DNA from: Escherichia phage buks | Strand: one strand, 5' to 3' | Sequence record: MN850616.1 | Length of the DNA: 40,308 nt | Notes under the pieces: generated by a model | What the model was told of the DNA's origin: nothing | Database searches by the model: none | What the model saw: the letters and a program-made list of their open reading frames with translations, nothing else | Program-made: the position numbers and the translations under genes | Shown here: in pieces, positions 9,214 to 17,806 of the stretch | How the letters are laid out: every line of letters begins with the position of its first letter | Numbering within the stretch: the stretch's first letter is position 1

Positions 9214-9714
9214 ATGGATTGGAGTGAGGTTTTTAGCTACAAAAACGGCGTCCTATACTGGAAAGTCAAATCATGTCGCCGTAACGATGTGAATGTAGGG
9301 GATGTGGCCGGGAGTTTGTGTAAAAACGGCTATTGGTATGTCATGTTCGGTAACCGTAAGTTTAAAAGGTCTAGGGTGGTGTATGAGATGTTCTCAGGTA
9401 AGATTCCAAAAGGATTTGTCATAGACCACACCAACCATGATACCTGTGACGACAGAATTGAAAACCTGTCATGCAAATCCAGAAGGGACAACATGGTTAA
9501 CGTGAAAAGGCGCAAAGATAATACCTCAGGAGTTACGGGTGTGGCGCGGAAAGGAAAAGCTAAGTGGAGAGCTTATGCCGTTGTCAACGGTAAGCAGATT
9601 AGTAAAACATTTGACAGAATAGAGGACGCTTTCGCGGAAAGAATTTACATGTCTGTGGCTAATAGGTTCCACATAAATCATGGACTGACAACATTCAACA
9701 ACGGCTATAAATAG
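9214..9714 (+). CDS. Free-standing HNH homing endonuclease with AP2-type DNA-binding domain
   Basis: 166 aa; HNH-type motif (VIDHTNHDTCDDRIENL) followed by AP2-like segment (SGVTGVARKGKAKWRAYAVVNGKQISKTF); AGGTGA RBS. Confidence 0.8.
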   Translation: MDWSEVFSYKNGVLYWKVKSCRRNDVNVGDVAGSLCKNGYWYVMFGNRKFKRSRVVYEMFSGKIPKGFVIDHTNHDTCDDRIENLSCKSRRDNMVNVKRRKDNTSGVTGVARKGKAKWRAYAVVNGKQISKTFDRIEDAFAERIYMSVANRFHINHGLTTFNNGYK

Positions 9715-9723
9715 GGCATAAAG

Positions 9724-9954
9724 ATGACTAACAAATACAATCGAACAATGACAAATACTGACGGAGATAGCATTACCTGTGATGTGTACGACGTTCTGAG
9801 GGCATTTGATATCCGCGACCCGGCACTACAGCATGCGTTGAAGAAACTGTTGTGTATGGGATTGCGGGGGCACAAGGACACAGGAACCGACTTAGCAGAA
9901 GCAATTGAAAGTCTGGAGAAGTTACGGAAATACCGTAGTAATATTGATGAGTGA
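9724..9954 (+). CDS. Hypothetical protein
   Basis: 76 aa ORF followed by a rho-independent terminator; no recognisable motif. Confidence 0.45.
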   Translation: MTNKYNRTMTNTDGDSITCDVYDVLRAFDIRDPALQHALKKLLCMGLRGHKDTGTDLAEAIESLEKLRKYRSNIDE

Positions 9955-9955
9955 G

Positions 9956-9982
9956 AAAAAGGCCCCTTTCGGGGCTTTTTTT
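9956..9982 (+). terminator. Rho-independent terminator
   Basis: Stem GGCCCC / GGGGC with TTTC loop followed by a 7-nt T-run, right after the 9724-9954 gene. Confidence 0.7.
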
Positions 9983-10064
9983 ATCGTCACGATAAAGAAT
10001 CTGATTTGAACGATAAGAATGTTCGAAGTTAAATATATCTACACCAACAAGAGGGGATGAAACC

Positions 10065-10736
10065 ATGAACGAATTAATGAATGTTAGTGAAGCACAAACC
10101 ATGTCCAGCCGTGAGATTGCGGAATTGACGGGGAAAGAACACGACAACGTACGACGCGATATATTAAAAATGGCACAGGAACTTTCCCTCAATTTTGAGG
10201 AAAAGGTTTTGCCTTCAAACGGTGGCAGACCAAGTAAGGTATTTCTCTTAGACAAAGAAAATACATTAATCCTGATTTCAGGGTACAGCATCAAAATGCG
10301 CGCTGCCATCATCCGCCGTTGGCAGGAACTGGAGTCACAAGCGAGCAAACCATCCTTACCGGTGCCCAAGACAATGGGGGAGGCTTTAAGGTTGGCTGCG
10401 GACTTGTGGGAGGAGAAAGAACGCCTTGCGCTTGAGAACAAGGAAATGGCACCAAAAGCTGATGTCTACGACCGCATCATCGACAGAAATAACTTGTACA
10501 ACGCGACGCAGGTTGCCCAGAAGTTCGGTCAATCTGCCGTGTGGATGAATAAACAACTTGAACAATTTGGCGTATACAATCGCTCCGTAAAACGCGGTCG
10601 TGTCTTCCAGCAATGGTTCATCGATAAGGGTTACGGCATTATGCGTGAAACAGAAACTGGTCATTCACAGGCTATGTTCTTCGCTGAAGGTGAAATGTGG
10701 ATTATCGGTAAGTTAACGGCAGAAGGTTTGATTTAA
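10065..10736 (+). CDS. Rha-family phage regulatory protein / antirepressor-like (Rha N-domain plus KilAC-like C-domain)
   Basis: 223 aa; N-terminal ...MSSREIAELTGKEHDNVRRDILKM... resembles the Rha regulatory domain; AGAGGGGA RBS; followed by a bidirectional terminator. Confidence 0.65.
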   Translation: MNELMNVSEAQTMSSREIAELTGKEHDNVRRDILKMAQELSLNFEEKVLPSNGGRPSKVFLLDKENTLILISGYSIKMRAAIIRRWQELESQASKPSLPVPKTMGEALRLAADLWEEKERLALENKEMAPKADVYDRIIDRNNLYNATQVAQKFGQSAVWMNKQLEQFGVYNRSVKRGRVFQQWFIDKGYGIMRETETGHSQAMFFAEGEMWIIGKLTAEGLI

Positions 10737-10764
10737 AACTAAGGCCCCTTTCGGGGCCTTTTTC
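10737..10764. terminator. Bidirectional rho-independent terminator between convergent genes
   Basis: AAGGCCCC-TTTC-GGGGCCTT hairpin flanked by A-run upstream and T-run downstream; sits between the Rha-like gene (+) and the major tail gene (-). Confidence 0.7.
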
Positions 10765-11934
10765 TTAGGCGTACTTAATGCGCTGGATAACAATTGAAGA
10801 CTGGAACTGGTTACCGGTTGCCTGTCCCTCAAGAGAAAGGGTGACAGATTCGGGACCACCGATTTCCGGAGTTGCTGATGTCAACGAAGCGCGTTTTAAG
10901 GTGAAACTCATGGCACCGTCTGGGCCGTTCAGAACAGAAGATACCTCCATTTGCGTTTCGTTCAGGAATTTATTCAATAACGTCATGTCGTACAGCTTAC
11001 CCGCCAACGAGAAGGTGTTAGCCGCGCGGCCACGTTCGACAAATGCCACGCTATTATTCCCTAACTCGAACTGTGCGGACGCGCTGTTGTCGTTAGTAAT
11101 GGTGAACGTGTCGATAAGTTTAAGCGGAGCGGCGCCGTCATAGGCGGATACGTCAACCGATGCAAACGGACGGGCGCTAAAATTGGTCGTGAAATCTGAA
11201 CCACTCGGCAGTGCTTGTAGGATTTCCTGATTAAGACCAATGAACGGGAATGAGCCTGTAACCATCGCGTTAACGGCTTGTTCGATGGTGAACCCTGTAA
11301 ATTCAACACCACGAGTTATGATGTACGAATCAGGATTTCCGCATTTACCTTTCAACCATGTCAGGATTGAATAGGTTTTACACAAGTTACCGGTTTCAAG
11401 TTTATCTGCGATACGCAAATCGGCTTGGGCGTCTGATTCAGCGGTAAGGGTGTGCTGGATGCCCGCTCCGGTTATAACTGTAGCTGTGGCAGCCGTGACC
11501 ATGAACGCTTTGTTGTTATTTCCGGATAAACCGTCGAATTGCACTAGGTCGCCTACCTCAACGCCATCTGTTACAAAGCTGCCGGTGGTGCGTGTGAAAG
11601 TTTTCGCCACCGGGTCTACGGTAACGCTGATTCCAGATTTAGTGGAACCTGCTACCCAGGAACTGGTCATTGCGCCAGCAAGCAACTCATCCTGGCTTTC
11701 CGCGCTAAGTTCAATAGCATATTCACCAGTTACCTGACGGTTACCGGTGCGGATAGATGATGTTTCACGGCTGCCGTCCAGTTCATTAGAGATGAGGGCG
11801 TCGCGGGTTACGGCGGGAATACCCCCAGTGTTGCGCAGTGGTTGCCATACCGGGTTAGCGGGTGTTACCCCCGGCGTCGTCTCAAGAACGTAAAACTGCG
11901 CGGCCATCGCGCCCTTATATGGTTGTAACGCCAT
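10765..11934 (-). CDS. Major tail protein
   Basis: 389 aa ORF that is the last structural gene before the chaperone/tape-measure block (separated only by the plus-strand island); call by synteny. Confidence 0.55.
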   Translation of the reverse strand: MALQPYKGAMAAQFYVLETTPGVTPANPVWQPLRNTGGIPAVTRDALISNELDGSRETSSIRTGNRQVTGEYAIELSAESQDELLAGAMTSSWVAGSTKSGISVTVDPVAKTFTRTTGSFVTDGVEVGDLVQFDGLSGNNNKAFMVTAATATVITGAGIQHTLTAESDAQADLRIADKLETGNLCKTYSILTWLKGKCGNPDSYIITRGVEFTGFTIEQAVNAMVTGSFPFIGLNQEILQALPSGSDFTTNFSARPFASVDVSAYDGAAPLKLIDTFTITNDNSASAQFELGNNSVAFVERGRAANTFSLAGKLYDMTLLNKFLNETQMEVSSVLNGPDGAMSFTLKRASLTSATPEIGGPESVTLSLEGQATGNQFQSSIVIQRIKYA

Positions 11935-12353
11935 TATCTAATCCTCGCTGTAAATGCTATGAAATTAATTGAGAGAGGCCTCTTCGCCCATCCATTCTCA
12001 ACAATAAGAGGACCGAGGCTTACTGATTGTACCTCAGCACAGATTTCGTTACGACTAAAACAGTTACCGGCGGCGAAGGCGGCGTTTAGCTTATCAGCTA
12101 ATCGGTTAATAGGAGCGCTACCCAAGGCCGACCCGACGTTAATGTCTACCTGATAAACACCCGCCCGTTGTTCAGTCCAGAACAAGTCAGCTTGTTCAGT
12201 ATCTGACAACAGCATATAACTCGCAAGATATGGGGTATCTGTAGACGTAGGTGCGTCTATGTTCTCCAGTGCGACCTTTATCCCGTTGTTCGTGCCAAAT
12301 GCTACCAGTGCCGTGTCGAATGCTTTTGTTAAATCCTCGAAATATGTTGCCAT
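11934..12353 (-). CDS. Virion structural protein (tail completion / head-tail joining region)
   Basis: 139 aa; TAATG stop/start overlaps with both neighbours, part of the coupled structural operon. Confidence 0.4.
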   Translation of the reverse strand: MATYFEDLTKAFDTALVAFGTNNGIKVALENIDAPTSTDTPYLASYMLLSDTEQADLFWTEQRAGVYQVDINVGSALGSAPINRLADKLNAAFAAGNCFSRNEICAEVQSVSLGPLIVENGWAKRPLSINFIAFTARIR

Positions 12354-12748
12354 TATTTCACCTTAGAGGCTTCTTCATTTAATAATTGCTGGAAACGCGA
12401 TACATTAACTCTAACGAAGCCTTGTGGCGCTTGCTGCGACCAACCATACTCCAGGCGCTGCGCATACGGTAAATTGTTAGTTAGAGTAAACGTGTGCCAG
12501 TCAGCGGCATTTAGCACGAAATTAGCGGCATTACTGGTCGCCGTGGTGCCAGCTTTGTCGGTAGCGTCCGTAGTTCCGTCGGCGGGAGTACCGCCGGACG
12601 CCATCCAGTTCATACGAAAGCGACCTGTATCTACAGGACTCGCTTTGATAATCGCAGAAAACAACTTGATAGATACCTGACGAATTACCTTTTCAGGATT
12701 CTTCTTAGCCTTTTCCACGAACTTGGACACATCAAGAGCAAAACTCAT
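12353..12748 (-). CDS. Virion structural protein (head-tail joining region)
   Basis: 131 aa; ATGA overlap with upstream gene; synteny only. Confidence 0.4.
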   Translation of the reverse strand: MSFALDVSKFVEKAKKNPEKVIRQVSIKLFSAIIKASPVDTGRFRMNWMASGGTPADGTTDATDKAGTTATSNAANFVLNAADWHTFTLTNNLPYAQRLEYGWSQQAPQGFVRVNVSRFQQLLNEEASKVK

Positions 12749-13104
12749 TTTCTCACCTGGATAAAGTATGCTACTACGTCATCGTTAACCATCTTCTTCT
12801 CTACGGCGACCACAGACCACTGTTCACCATTGAATTGTACTTTATCATCCATCTTAGGAATTACGCTGTAATCGGCCTTAACCACCATATCCCCTGCCTG
12901 AATGGTGGTTCCGTTTACCAGACCAGCATTAACCGGTACAGGAACGGATTTAAGAGGGACCGTCGTGTCCGCCCCCCAAACGTACTCACCTAAAACAGGA
13001 TCCCATGTTTTTTGCCCTTTCTGAATCAAAGTTACTGTGCTGCCGTATTTTGTTAGCAGGTGTGTCCCTACACCTTGCATCCTTTTACTGAAAGCGGTGC
13101 TCAT
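12745..13104 (-). CDS. Virion structural protein (head-tail joining region)
   Basis: Start re-set to ATG 13102-13104 (MSTAFSKRMQ...), which overlaps the upstream stop as TAATG; the track start at 13158 would overlap the upstream gene by 55 nt. Confidence 0.4.
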   Translation of the reverse strand: MSTAFSKRMQGVGTHLLTKYGSTVTLIQKGQKTWDPVLGEYVWGADTTVPLKSVPVPVNAGLVNGTTIQAGDMVVKADYSVIPKMDDKVQFNGEQWSVVAVEKKMVNDDVVAYFIQVRK

Positions 13105-13709
13105 TACGCAGCCTCCAGTCTCGAGATAACCAATAAGGCTGACGGCGCTACACCCCACGAAGTAACCGTTGCCGCTTGCAGGTATAATCCGCCGAAGTTA
13201 GAACCGGCGGCATCGCGCATAATCTCTACCGCGAAGTTTTGCCCGGCGACGGCGTTAACTACCACACGCGATTCAATAGGAATCGTGGCGTCTGCGCTTG
13301 CCAGTTTAGTAGCGGCTGGTGAACCGAATTGGGCGCCGCCGAGCAGAACACGCGTCAGGAGAATAGATGTCCCGCTCGCCCCGGTGCGCCCAGCCAGCAA
13401 TTTAACACGGATAGCGTAGTTACCAGCGGCGTTGAACGTAACTACCCCGGATGCATTAATCATCACAGGGTCAGCGCTTGTTTTCTGCGCCCCACCAAAG
13501 GATACGGTTAACGCTGTACCAGTGGTAGTTGGCGCCTGGATATCTGTAGACGCCGCGCGAAGTACTTCTACTTCCTTAACGCCGTAAAGCATAGAATCCG
13601 CGATTTGCGTGGTAACTTCGCGCAACTTTTCCGGTGTAATTAGCCCGGACTGGTTATCAGGGAAGTTTGCCCCAATTAAGGCGAATATTTCCGATTTAGT
13701 CTTAGCCAT
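13104..13709 (-). CDS. Virion structural protein (function not assignable)
   Basis: 201 aa Ala/Gly/Thr-rich ORF in the head-tail region; ATG 13707-13709. Confidence 0.4.
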   Translation of the reverse strand: MAKTKSEIFALIGANFPDNQSGLITPEKLREVTTQIADSMLYGVKEVEVLRAASTDIQAPTTTGTALTVSFGGAQKTSADPVMINASGVVTFNAAGNYAIRVKLLAGRTGASGTSILLTRVLLGGAQFGSPAATKLASADATIPIESRVVVNAVAGQNFAVEIMRDAAGSNFGGLYLQAATVTSWGVAPSALLVISRLEAA

Positions 13710-13711
13710 GA

Positions 13712-14221
13712 TTAACCCCTGAAAACATTAAAGGAGTAGGCATTATTGCTACCACATAAGAGAGGGCGTAACGCATCATCGGCTGCTGTGATGCTTACTG
13801 TGCTGCCCGAGTAGCCATTTTTAAAGTAGGACACGGTTACCGCACCCTCAACTCGTTCGGTCTGAACCTCTCGCCCGTCTGTAGACCCCCGAACGTCGGT
13901 ACCCGCACCATACTCTACGGCGGCCATTACCTGAGCCTGAACAATTAACGGAGGGATAACGTTAGATGGCTGAGGGAACCCGTGTAGGGTAATACCGGTT
14001 CTCGGGAACGCCAGCGCCTGGTTCGCCGATACACGGCGACCGCACATCTGCGATTCGAAAAGCCCAACATATACAGCACCATTTCTCAGCGCAGCCTCAG
14101 CCTTAACGTCGTCTTCTGGAAGTTCAAGGCCGTATTTAGCCGCTAGCGCACGTCCGTCTCCCAGGCTGACGTAGGAATCCGCATTAGGTAAGCCTTGTCC
14201 TGTTTCCACGATAAGCGGCAT
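13712..14221 (-). CDS. Putative head-tail connector/adaptor protein
   Basis: 169 aa; N-terminus MPLIVETGQGLPNADSYVSLGDGRALAAKYG resembles gp6-like head-tail connector openings from memory; weak. Confidence 0.35.
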   Translation of the reverse strand: MPLIVETGQGLPNADSYVSLGDGRALAAKYGLELPEDDVKAEAALRNGAVYVGLFESQMCGRRVSANQALAFPRTGITLHGFPQPSNVIPPLIVQAQVMAAVEYGAGTDVRGSTDGREVQTERVEGAVTVSYFKNGYSGSTVSITAADDALRPLLCGSNNAYSFNVFRG

Positions 14222-14224
14222 AAA

Positions 14225-14413
14225 TTATTCCTCTACGCTTTTGCGGCGACGACGCTGCTTAGGTTCCCCACCACCGTTGTAATGCGGTTCTTCTGCGACC
14301 GGTTGGGTCTCTATTAATGCACCCGGGTTCGCTTCTTCGCGCATCGGGTTTAACTGCCCGTTGACCTCGACCACACCTTTGTATTGTTCCCTGACTACGT
14401 AATTATCTGCCAT
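14225..14413 (-). CDS. Small basic protein (62 aa)
   Basis: ATG 14411-14413; lysine/arginine-rich C-terminus; between the Ig-like gene and connector-like gene. Confidence 0.4.
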   Translation of the reverse strand: MADNYVVREQYKGVVEVNGQLNPMREEANPGALIETQPVAEEPHYNGGGEPKQRRRRKSVEE

Positions 14414-14449
14414 GTCTAATCCTTAAAGAGGCCCGAAGGCCGCGTGTAT

Positions 14450-14800
14450 TTAACTTACGGTTACTACTGTGCTATCCGAGATAATGTTGCCATACCCGTC
14501 ATGGGCAACAACTTTATACGTACCGGAATCCGCCGCTGCGGAGTTGGACTTAGTGTAAGTCAAAGCGGTTGCACCAGCGATAGCGTTATTATCCTTATAC
14601 CATTGAACGGTTTTAGGGTCCATGCCGTCGGCGAGTTTCACGGTCAGTGTGATAGCCTGACCAGCGGTTACCGCGGTAGTGTCATTGAGACCGGTAGAGA
14701 AACGCAACGGCATTACGTTTTCCATATCGATCTCAACCTGCCCGTCCTGCGGACTATCATCAGATACACCAACAATACGACGTTTGATTACATCAACCAT
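14450..14800 (-). CDS. Ig-like domain protein (probable capsid decoration/accessory)
   Basis: 116 aa; strong CTGAGGAGGA RBS; sequence ...AGQAITLTVKLADG...VQWYKDNNAI...SGTYKVVAHDGYGN... fits an immunoglobulin-like fold pattern. Confidence 0.55.
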   Translation of the reverse strand: MVDVIKRRIVGVSDDSPQDGQVEIDMENVMPLRFSTGLNDTTAVTAGQAITLTVKLADGMDPKTVQWYKDNNAIAGATALTYTKSNSAAADSGTYKVVAHDGYGNIISDSTVVTVS

Positions 14801-14811
14801 TTTTATCCTCC

Positions 14812-15096
14812 TCAGGATACAGTACCAGCGTTTTTAAGGGCGGTTAGCAGATTAGTAACGGCAGTGCGCAATGAAGTCACATCTGTACGCAACTTATTGT
14901 AGTTGGTAACCAGTGCATCGAACTCTTCTTTCGTAGGAGCACCCGCGGCGGCTGCACCGCTGCCAGCACTAATCGCCGGAGGTGCCGCTACCGTTTCGGA
15001 CTTTTTAACCCCTCCGATTGCCGTTGTGGTTGCGGCGGGAATATCTAGTTCCGCGTTAACCAGGCTGCGGGGCAGCCCTTTACCTGTCTTTGACAT
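14812..15096 (-). CDS. Hypothetical head-associated protein
   Basis: Start re-set to ATG 15094-15096 (MSKTGKGLPRS...) with GGAG RBS; the longer track ORF would run into the capsid terminator hairpin. Confidence 0.45.
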   Translation of the reverse strand: MSKTGKGLPRSLVNAELDIPAATTTAIGGVKKSETVAAPPAISAGSGAAAAGAPTKEEFDALVTNYNKLRTDVTSLRTAVTNLLTALKNAGTVS

Positions 15097-15112
15097 TATG
15101 TAGTCTCCGTAT

Positions 15113-15142
15113 AAATGAAAAGAGGGACCGAAGTCCCTCAAG
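15113..15142 (-). terminator. Rho-independent terminator immediately after the major capsid gene
   Basis: On the minus strand: stem GAGGGAC / GTCCCTC with UUCG loop followed by UUUUCAUUU. Confidence 0.65.
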
Positions 15143-15156
15143 AGTATACCCTACGA

Positions 15157-16206
15157 TTAAGCACCGACGCCAGTTACCAGGAACGCAATCGGCACATGCT
15201 TACGGTCGACTACACGGTTCCAGTTGGTGGCGTTAGCCAGGTCTTGCCAGCTAGCGGAGCGGGCGATAGTCTCGGTGCCGTTGCCGGTGATTACAGCGCT
15301 GGTGAAGCTGTAGCCAAACGGATGCAGCAACCACGTTTTACGCGTCCACAGGGTTTCAACACCGCCACCGTTACCGCGTGACTCTTCGCGCTCGTACGCC
15401 AGCGGAGTGGTCGGGGAACCTTCACCGTAACCAATAGCGCCTCGACCGAAGATGATGGAGATGAACTTGCGCTGTGCCCCCTGGCCTACTACAGTCATGC
15501 TGTCATCAACGATGACGCGATAGCCCTGGTAGGTAGCGAACATGGTGTTGTTCTCGGCATCACGGATGAAGTCGATAAGCTGGGCTTTACGGGCCTGTGC
15601 GTATACGAAGCTGTGCATTGCGATAGCACCGAGAACCTCACCGCCGTTACCCATCAATGCGTCACCCATAGTCTGAGTAGCATCAATGAAAGCGCCAGCG
15701 TCGAAGCCAAGGGTAGCGGAAACGTCAACAACCATGTCGTTCTGCTCGTGATACGCATCAGTAGCGGATACGTTGTCGTTGTACAGGCCGAGTGCAGTTG
15801 CAATAAGGCGACGCTGCGCCTGACGCTGCCAGAAGTTATCCAGACGGGATGCGACGGACTGCAATGGGTTCTGACTGGTCAATTCTACGGTCAGGTCAGC
15901 CTGGCCAAAACCTTCGTTCAGGTAGGCGACGCGGGCCATCATTTCACCGGTCTGGATAGCGCGCGGCGTAGCGATATCCTGATACACATCGTTCGAATAG
16001 TTAGGTTCGATAGAGGTATCAATAGCTTTCCAGAACGGCAAGTTAGCAATGTTTGACGGACCGTTAGCAATCTCAGCAGCATACGGAGTTGGAGTCAAAA
16101 TGCCGGAGTCGAAAAACGCTGTTTTCTCTACCGGGTCTTCGGTCATGTAAGACGCCAGTACAGGTATATTGCCAGTTACGATGTTGCCAATAGTGGTGAT
16201 TGCCAT
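15157..16206 (-). CDS. Major capsid protein
   Basis: 349 aa ORF immediately after the scaffold gene (stop/start 1 nt apart), GAGGAA RBS, followed by a strong terminator hairpin; call by synteny and size. Confidence 0.75.
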   Translation of the reverse strand: MAITTIGNIVTGNIPVLASYMTEDPVEKTAFFDSGILTPTPYAAEIANGPSNIANLPFWKAIDTSIEPNYSNDVYQDIATPRAIQTGEMMARVAYLNEGFGQADLTVELTSQNPLQSVASRLDNFWQRQAQRRLIATALGLYNDNVSATDAYHEQNDMVVDVSATLGFDAGAFIDATQTMGDALMGNGGEVLGAIAMHSFVYAQARKAQLIDFIRDAENNTMFATYQGYRVIVDDSMTVVGQGAQRKFISIIFGRGAIGYGEGSPTTPLAYEREESRGNGGGVETLWTRKTWLLHPFGYSFTSAVITGNGTETIARSASWQDLANATNWNRVVDRKHVPIAFLVTGVGA

Positions 16207-16209
16207 TAT

Positions 16210-16911
16210 TTATTTCCTCAGGGCTTTAAGTTGCCGTTCAAATTCGGCAGGGTTAGATTTATAGAGAGCCAACCGCTCACTTTCACTCATATCTTTAAAC
16301 GCCGGTGCGGCCCCGCCGCCTTTATTCCCGGAAGCCCCGCCACCGGAAGCTGCATTTGCTTTAATCAAATGTGAAAAAGCTTTATGTTCGCGCAGATATT
16401 TGCGGAACTGCTCAGGGTCGGTAGTAACAACATTACCATCCGCACCCATGAATTTAGTCACTACGTCTTCGCCGTCGAACTCGGTCTTAACGAAAGGCGC
16501 CAGGATTTCTACCGCTTCTGGGGTGATAAAATCACCGGCGAAAGAACCTAAAACAGCTTTACGTTCGCTACCAAGAATACGCGCGGCTAAAGACGCGTAA
16601 CGCTCTTCTTTCTCTTTCAGTACAGGTTCATACTGACTACGAATCGTCTTTTCAAATTCGTCCATTTTACCAGCGGCTTTCAACGCTTCCTGGTGGGCGC
16701 GTTGCCGTTCTTCTTCGGCTTCTTTAGCCCGGCGCGCAGCTTCCTTTTTCTCACTAAGTAATGCTTCTTGATTTGCTTTAAGCCCCGCCACTTCTTTCTC
16801 AATCATGGCCTGCACTTCTTCAGCGGTGTACATTTTTGGTGCGTCACCTGCACCCGGTTTATCTTCTACCCCGGCTTCTTCATGAAGCGGGTAACGTAAA
16901 AAACGATTCAT
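16210..16911 (-). CDS. Scaffolding protein
   Basis: Charged, Ala/Glu/Lys-rich helical protein (…EKKEAARRAKEAEEERQRAHQEALKAAGKMDEFEKT…) directly upstream of the capsid gene. Start re-set to ATG 16909-16911 (MNRFLRYPL...); the track start is TTG two codons earlier. Confidence 0.7.
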   Translation of the reverse strand: MNRFLRYPLHEEAGVEDKPGAGDAPKMYTAEEVQAMIEKEVAGLKANQEALLSEKKEAARRAKEAEEERQRAHQEALKAAGKMDEFEKTIRSQYEPVLKEKEERYASLAARILGSERKAVLGSFAGDFITPEAVEILAPFVKTEFDGEDVVTKFMGADGNVVTTDPEQFRKYLREHKAFSHLIKANAASGGGASGNKGGGAAPAFKDMSESERLALYKSNPAEFERQLKALRK

Positions 16912-16995
16912 AGTCAATATGTCCCCTGGACTTTAGGACACCGGGCCACCCGGTGTTTCTGTAACAAGAATAAATTATTCCACTTACTAAGGCAA

Positions 16996-17259
16996 CTATT
17001 CCAGAATATTCCTTATGTACTCCTGCAACCGGAATACTTTCAAGCGAAGTTGCCGTGTGCACTCAGCGTTACGCACGTCGATGGTCAGGTCTTCGTCGGC
17101 ATCACTACTTGGCAGTGCCATTTTGCACGGCGGCTGCATTAGTGTCATATCCGGGGATGGAATTAGCATTCTCGGCGGCGCGCCGTTTGATTGACACCCG
17201 CTCAGGAGGGAACACGCAAACAACACGACCAGGACGGGTAACGTATTTGATAACTTCAC
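16996..17259 (-). CDS. Rz1: o-spanin (Rz1-like outer-membrane lipoprotein)
   Basis: GTG start with GGAGG RBS 8 nt upstream; signal peptide with lipobox (VVLFACSLLSGC), Pro-rich mature part; begins inside the Rz reading frame (+1) and extends past its stop. Confidence 0.65.
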   Translation of the reverse strand: MKLSNTLPVLVVLFACSLLSGCQSNGAPPRMLIPSPDMTLMQPPCKMALPSSDADEDLTIDVRNAECTRQLRLKVFRLQEYIRNILE

Positions 17260-17491
17260 GGGTGATAGCCTCCGCGTTTTCTTTACCTTCGGTTTCGGCG
17301 GCGGCGGCCCTGGTATCGTTCTGCTGCTGCCGTTGTGTTTTCTTCGCTAGCTCGGCCTGTGCTTTCTGTTGTTGCTGTGAAACAAGATTAGCGCGGCCTT
17401 CGTTCCAGCCGCTTCTGTAGTTGTACTGACCATATAACCACAAAGAGAGGATACCGGCTGCCGTGGCTATCGCTGTTACTTTCCAATTCAT
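17105..17491 (-). CDS. Rz: i-spanin (Rz-like inner-membrane protein)
   Basis: 128 aa; N-terminal transmembrane segment (VTAIATAAGILSLWLYG) followed by a Gln/Ala/Lys/Glu-rich helical periplasmic region; contains the embedded Rz1-like ORF. Confidence 0.7.
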   Translation of the reverse strand: MNWKVTAIATAAGILSLWLYGQYNYRSGWNEGRANLVSQQQQKAQAELAKKTQRQQQNDTRAAAAETEGKENAEAITREVIKYVTRPGRVVCVFPPERVSIKRRAAENANSIPGYDTNAAAVQNGTAK

Positions 17492-17623
17492 AGTATCCCC
17501 TTTCTTTATACGCTAAGCCCGGCGTAAGCCGGGCGTTAAACTCGTATATCTGTAAACATCATACGGCGAATCTTAGTTAAATACTGAAAGCAATAGAGCT
17601 CGGCCCTTCCGAATGCGTTCGCG

Positions 17624-17697
17624 GTTACGCTAGGGCGTTGTGACGCCCGCTTCACGCGACCCGCACCGCGGTACGCTGAAAGCGTAGGTAGCGTAAC
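17624..17697. repeat. GC-rich nested inverted-repeat element (multi-hairpin) in a 318-nt non-coding gap
   Basis: Outer arms GTTACGCTA (17624-17632) and TAGCGTAAC (17689-17697); inner hairpins GGCG-TTGTGA-CGCC and TACGCT-GAA-AGCGTA (17672-17686); repeated GCGT/ACGC units. Confidence 0.5.
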
Positions 17698-17777
17698 ATA
17701 AAAAATAATAAAAGTCTATTTTTGGAATAAAGTATTCCTGAATTTACATTGGTAAGGGATAACTGGAATAATGGTGT

Positions 17778-17806
17778 GTAAAATTAAGGCCCCTTGACGG
17801 GGCCTT
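17778..17806 (-). terminator. Rho-independent terminator after the Ig-like gene
   Basis: Stem AAGGCCCC / GGGGCCTT (17786-17806) followed on the minus strand by AAUUUUAC. Confidence 0.55.
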
